Part shown: piece after piece, positions 60,195 through 64,000 of the stretch
Layout of the letters: the number at the start of each line of letters is the position of its first letter
How positions within the stretch are numbered: the first letter of the stretch is position 1
DNA from: Heptranchias perlo
Lineage: Eukaryota
DNA: 64,000 nt
Reading direction: 5' to 3'
Assembly: GCF_035084215.1 (NCBI RefSeq)
Contig: NC_090365.1
Span: 9,610,001 to 9,674,000, forward strand
Program-made: the position numbers and the translations under genes
The notes under the pieces: model-generated
Database searches by the model: none
What the model saw: only the letters and a program-made list of their open reading frames with translations
Told to the model about the DNA's origin: nothing

Positions 60195-63100
60195 GGGTAC
60201 GGTAGCATAGTGGTTATGTTACTGGGCTAGTAATCCAGAGGCCTAGACTAAAATCCAGAGTCATGAGTTCAAATCCCGCCACGGCAGCTGGCGAATTTAA
60301 ATTCAATTAATTAATTAAATTCAATTAATTAAATAAAAAAATCTGGAATTAAAATACTAGTATCAGTAATGATGGCCATGAAACTACCGGATTGTCGTAA
60401 AAACCCATCTGGTTCACTAATGTCCTTTAGGGAAGGAAGCCTGCCGCCCTTACCCAGTCTGGCCGATATGTGACTCCAGACCCACAGCAATGTGGTTGAT
60501 TCTTAATTGCCCTCTGAAATGGCCTAGCAAGCCACTCAGTTGTAAAATCTCGCTACGAAAAGTCATAATAAGAATAAAACCGGACGGACCACCCGGCATC
60601 GGACCACTAGGCACCGGACACGACAACGGCAAAACACCAAGCCCAGTCGATCCTGCAAGGTCCTCCTTACTAACATCTGGGGACTTGTGCCAAAATTGGG
60701 AGAGCTGTCCCACAGACTAGTCAAGCAACAGCCTGACATAGCCATACTCACAGAATCATATCTTTCAGCCAACGTCCCAGACTCTTCCATCACCATCCCT
60801 GGGTATGTCCTGTCCCACCGGCAGGACAGACCCACCAGAGGTGGCGGTACAGTGATATACAGTCAGGAGGGAGTGGCCCTGGGAGTCCTCAACATTGACT
60901 CTGGCCCCCATGAAATCTCATGGCATCAGGTCAAACATGGGCAAGGAAACCTCCTGCTGATTACCACCTACCGTCCTCCCTCAGCTGATGAATCAGTCCT
61001 CCTCCATGTTGAACACCACTTGGAGGAAGCACTGAGGGTAGCAAGGGCACAAAATGTACTCTGGGTGGGGGACTTCAATGTCCATCACCAAGAGTGGCTC
61101 GGTAGCACCTCTACTGACCGAGCTGGCCGAGTCCTGAAGGACATAGCTGCTAGACTGGGCCTGCGGCAGGTGGTGAGCGAACCAACACGAGGGAAAAACT
61201 TACTTGACCTCGTCCTCACCAATCTACCTGTCGCAAATGCATCTGTCCATGACAGTATTGGTAGGAGTGACCACCGCACAGTCCTCGTGGAGATGAAATC
61301 CCGTCTTCGCACTGAGGACACCATCCAACGTGTTGTGTGGCACTACCACCGTGCTAAATGGGCTAGATTCAGAACAGATCTAGCAGCTCAAAACTGGGCA
61401 TCCATGAGGCGCTGTGGGCCATCAGCAGCAGCAGAATTGTATTCCAGCACAATCTGTAACCTCATGGCCCGGCATATTCCTCACTCTACCATTACCAACA
61501 AGCCAGGGGATCAACCCTGGTTCAATGAGGAGTGTAGAAGAGCATGCCAGGAGCAGCACCAGGCGTACCTAATAATGAGGTGCCAAGCTGGTGAAGCTAC
61601 AACTCAGGACTACATGCATGCTAAACAGCGGAAGCAACATGCTATAGACAGAGCTAAGCGATTCCACAACCAACGGATCAGATCAAAGCTCTGCAGTCCT
61701 GCCACATCCAGTCGTGAATGGTGGTGGACAATTAAACAACTAACGGGAGGAGGAGGCTCTGCAAACATCCCCATTCTCAATGATGGCGGAGTCCAGCACG
61801 TGAGTGCAAAAGACAAGGCTGAAGCGTTTGCAACCATCTTCAGCCAGAAGTGCCGAGTGGATAATCCATCTCAGCCTCCTCCCGATATCCCCACCATCAC
61901 GGAAGCCAGTCTTCGGCCAATTCGATTCACTCCACGTGATGTCAAGAAACGGCTGAGTGCACTGGATACAGCAAAGGCTATGGGCCCCGACAACATCCCA
62001 GCTGTAGTGCTGAAGACTTGTGCTCCAGAACTAGCTGCGCCTCGAGCCAAGCTGTTCCAGTACAGCTACAACACTGGCATCCACCCGACAATGTGGAAAA
62101 TTGCCCAGGTATGTCCTGTCCACAAAAAGCAGGACAAATCCAATCCGGCCAATTACCGCCCCATCAGTCTACTCTCAATCATCAGCAAAGTGATGGAAGG
62201 TGTCGTCGACAGTGCTATCAAGCGGCACTTACTCACCAATAACCTGCTCACCGATGCTCAGTTTGGGTTCCGCCAGGACCACTCGGCTTCAGACCTCATT
62301 ACAGCCTTGGTCCAAACATGGACAAAAGAGCTGAATTCCAGAGGTGAGGTGAGAGTGACTGCCCTTGACATCAAGGCAGCATTTGACCGAGTGTGGCACC
62401 AAGGAGCCCTAGTAAAATTGAAGTCAATGGGAATCAGGGGGAAAACTCTCCAGTGGCTGGAGTCATACCTGGCGCAAAGGAAGATGGTAGTGGTTGTTGG
62501 AGGCCAGTCATCTCAGCCCCAGGGCATTGCTGCAGGAGTTCCTCAGGGCAGTGTCCTTGGCCCAACCATCTTCAGCTGCTTCATCAATGACCTTCCCTCC
62601 ATCATAAGGTCAGAAATGGGGATGTTCGCTGATGACTGCACATTGTTCAGTTCCATTCGCAACCCCTCAGATAATGAAGCAGTCCGAGCCTGCATGCAGC
62701 AAGACCTGGACAACATCCAGGCTTGGGCTCATAAGTGGCAAGTAACATTTGCGCCAGATAAGTGCCAGGCAATGACCATCTCCAACAAGAGAGAGTCTAA
62801 CCACCTCCCCTTGACATTCAACGGCATTACCATCGCCGAATCCCCCACCATCAACATCCTGGGGGTCACCATTGACCAGAAACTTAACTGGACCAGCCAT
62901 ATAAATACTGTGGCTACGAGAGCAGGTCAGAGGCTGGGTATTCTGCGGCGAGTGACTCACCTCCTGACTCCCCAAAGCCTTTCCACCATCTACAAGGCAC
63001 AAGTCAGGAGTGTGATGGAATACTCTCCACTTGCCTGGATGAGTGCAGCTCCAACAACACTCAAGAAGCTCGACACCATCCAAGATAAAGCAGCCCGCTT

Positions 63101-63529
63101 GATTGGCACCCCATCCACCACCCTAAACATTCACTCCCTTCACCACCGGCGCACTGTGGCTGCAGTGTGCACCATCCACAGGATGCACTGCAGCAACTCG
63201 CCAAGGCTTCTTCGACAGCACCTCCCAAACCCGCGACCTCTACCACCTAGAAGGACAAGGGCAGCAGGCGCATGGGAACAACACCACCTGCACGTTCCCC
63301 TCCAAGTCACACACCATCCCGACTTGGAAATATATCGCCGTTCCTTCATTGTCGCTGGGTCAAAATCCTGGAACTCCCTTCCTAACAGCATTGTGGGAGA
63401 ACCGTCACCACACGGACTGCAGCGGTTCAAGAAGGCGGCTCACCACCACCTTCTCGAGGGCAATTAGGGATGGGCAATAAATGCCGGCATTGCCAGCGAC
63501 GCCCACATCCCGTGAACGAATAAAAAAAA
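60195..63529 (+). mobile_element. Apparently full-length single-ORF non-LTR retrotransposon (CR1/L2 group) with tRNA-like SINE-type head
   Basis: A box TAGCATAGTGG at 60203, B box GTTCAAATC at 60267, intact APE-RT ORF, 3' tail shared with copies at 22.5, 26.5 and 32.7 kb, A-rich end. Confidence 0.9.
60687..63467 (+). CDS. Retrotransposon APE endonuclease-reverse transcriptase; frame open from 60546 with no AUG before 61293
   Basis: EN motifs (TNIWGL just upstream, LTESYL, TTYRPP, GDFNVH, LDLVLT, SDH) and RT motifs (NYRPISLL, QFGFR, DIKAAFDRV, GVPQGSVLGP, FADD); 926 codons without a stop. Confidence 0.92.
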   Translation: MPKLGELSHRLVKQQPDIAILTESYLSANVPDSSITIPGYVLSHRQDRPTRGGGTVIYSQEGVALGVLNIDSGPHEISWHQVKHGQGNLLLITTYRPPSADESVLLHVEHHLEEALRVARAQNVLWVGDFNVHHQEWLGSTSTDRAGRVLKDIAARLGLRQVVSEPTRGKNLLDLVLTNLPVANASVHDSIGRSDHRTVLVEMKSRLRTEDTIQRVVWHYHRAKWARFRTDLAAQNWASMRRCGPSAAAELYSSTICNLMARHIPHSTITNKPGDQPWFNEECRRACQEQHQAYLIMRCQAGEATTQDYMHAKQRKQHAIDRAKRFHNQRIRSKLCSPATSSREWWWTIKQLTGGGGSANIPILNDGGVQHVSAKDKAEAFATIFSQKCRVDNPSQPPPDIPTITEASLRPIRFTPRDVKKRLSALDTAKAMGPDNIPAVVLKTCAPELAAPRAKLFQYSYNTGIHPTMWKIAQVCPVHKKQDKSNPANYRPISLLSIISKVMEGVVDSAIKRHLLTNNLLTDAQFGFRQDHSASDLITALVQTWTKELNSRGEVRVTALDIKAAFDRVWHQGALVKLKSMGIRGKTLQWLESYLAQRKMVVVVGGQSSQPQGIAAGVPQGSVLGPTIFSCFINDLPSIIRSEMGMFADDCTLFSSIRNPSDNEAVRACMQQDLDNIQAWAHKWQVTFAPDKCQAMTISNKRESNHLPLTFNGITIAESPTINILGVTIDQKLNWTSHINTVATRAGQRLGILRRVTHLLTPQSLSTIYKAQVRSVMEYSPLAWMSAAPTTLKKLDTIQDKAARLIGTPSTTLNIHSLHHRRTVAAVCTIHRMHCSNSPRLLRQHLPNPRPLPPRRTRAAGAWEQHHLHVPLQVTHHPDLEIYRRSFIVAGSKSWNSLPNSIVGEPSPHGLQRFKKAAHHHLLEGN

Positions 63530-63821
63530 GGAATGCAGAAACCGTGACTGATATCCTCCCTCACTCTCTTGTGGAGATGGAAACTTGTATTCTAAACACT
63601 CGAAGCTTGTCAGTTTGGTAGTTAGTCAGCCACATTACCCGTGACTGAGTTTTTAAAGATCGGGAGTTGTGCACTTTTTTTTCAGAATGGATAAGTTAAC
63701 AGAACTGGATTTCTCAGTATCTAATGTCTTGGAATTATTCTTCATGCTCTTCTTTGAACTGAACTTTCAGTAGTAGGATTTGCCTATAATAATCTTTTAA
63801 TACAGTACATTGATTATGCAG

Positions 63822-63960
63822 AATTTCAACCAGCTGAAATAAAGCAAGAGCCTGTGGATCAAACTGAGATCAAACAGGAGACACAGCTGAGCAGGAAGAG
63901 GCCATATGCTGACCAAGGCCATGGATATTATGAATACAGAGAGGACAGAAGTTACAGCCG
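63822..63960 (+). CDS. HNRNPUL1: hnRNP U-like 1 exon 3 (acceptor uncertain, alternative at 63771)
   Basis: EFQPAEIKQE...LSRKRPYADQGHGYYEYREDR, resembling human [21 protein letters not shown]; donor GTGAGT at 63961. Confidence 0.8.
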
Positions 63961-64000
63961 GTGAGTAACACTTGCTGCTGCTGCTGCTCCTCCCCCTCTA

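Noticed and set aside
60195-60285. Functional tRNA-Thr gene
   Set aside because: Has an internal duplication (AATCCAGAG twice), no clean acceptor stem and no downstream T-run; it is a retroelement head. The same applies to the SINE heads at 38318 and 46208.
60180-63545. Target-site duplication around the long LINE
   Set aside because: No convincing direct repeat visible, so the element's unity rests on composition and needs multi-copy confirmation.
63686-63770. Acceptor TTTTTTTTCAG at 63685 as the start of HNRNPUL1 exon 3
   Set aside because: Stops in all three frames before the conserved RKRPY segment.

Overview
Vertebrate genomic DNA, most likely a cartilaginous fish (inferred from the repeat families). 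It carries three spliced + strand genes. HNRNPL is complete (13 coding exons, 510-22007, 526 aa), with an AT-AC minor-spliceosome intron 4 and a conserved poison exon 6A plus CA-rich cluster in intron 6. ECH1 is complete (10 exons, 25698-43276, 313 aa, C-terminal SKL). HNRNPUL1 is partial (first three coding exons from 49075, continuing past the window). Introns hold CR1 and L2 LINE fragments, tRNA-derived Deu-type SINEs, Penelope-like ends with hammerhead-ribozyme cores, and several minisatellites. The standout is a 3.3 kb retroelement at 60195-63529: a tRNA-like A/B-box head fused to an intact endonuclease-RT ORF, with no usable AUG and, by eye, no TTTT on its sense strand. This suggests an autonomous LINE transcribed by RNA polymerase III. 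All calls were made by eye from the sequence and recalled family knowledge; no searches were run and repeat boundaries are approximate.
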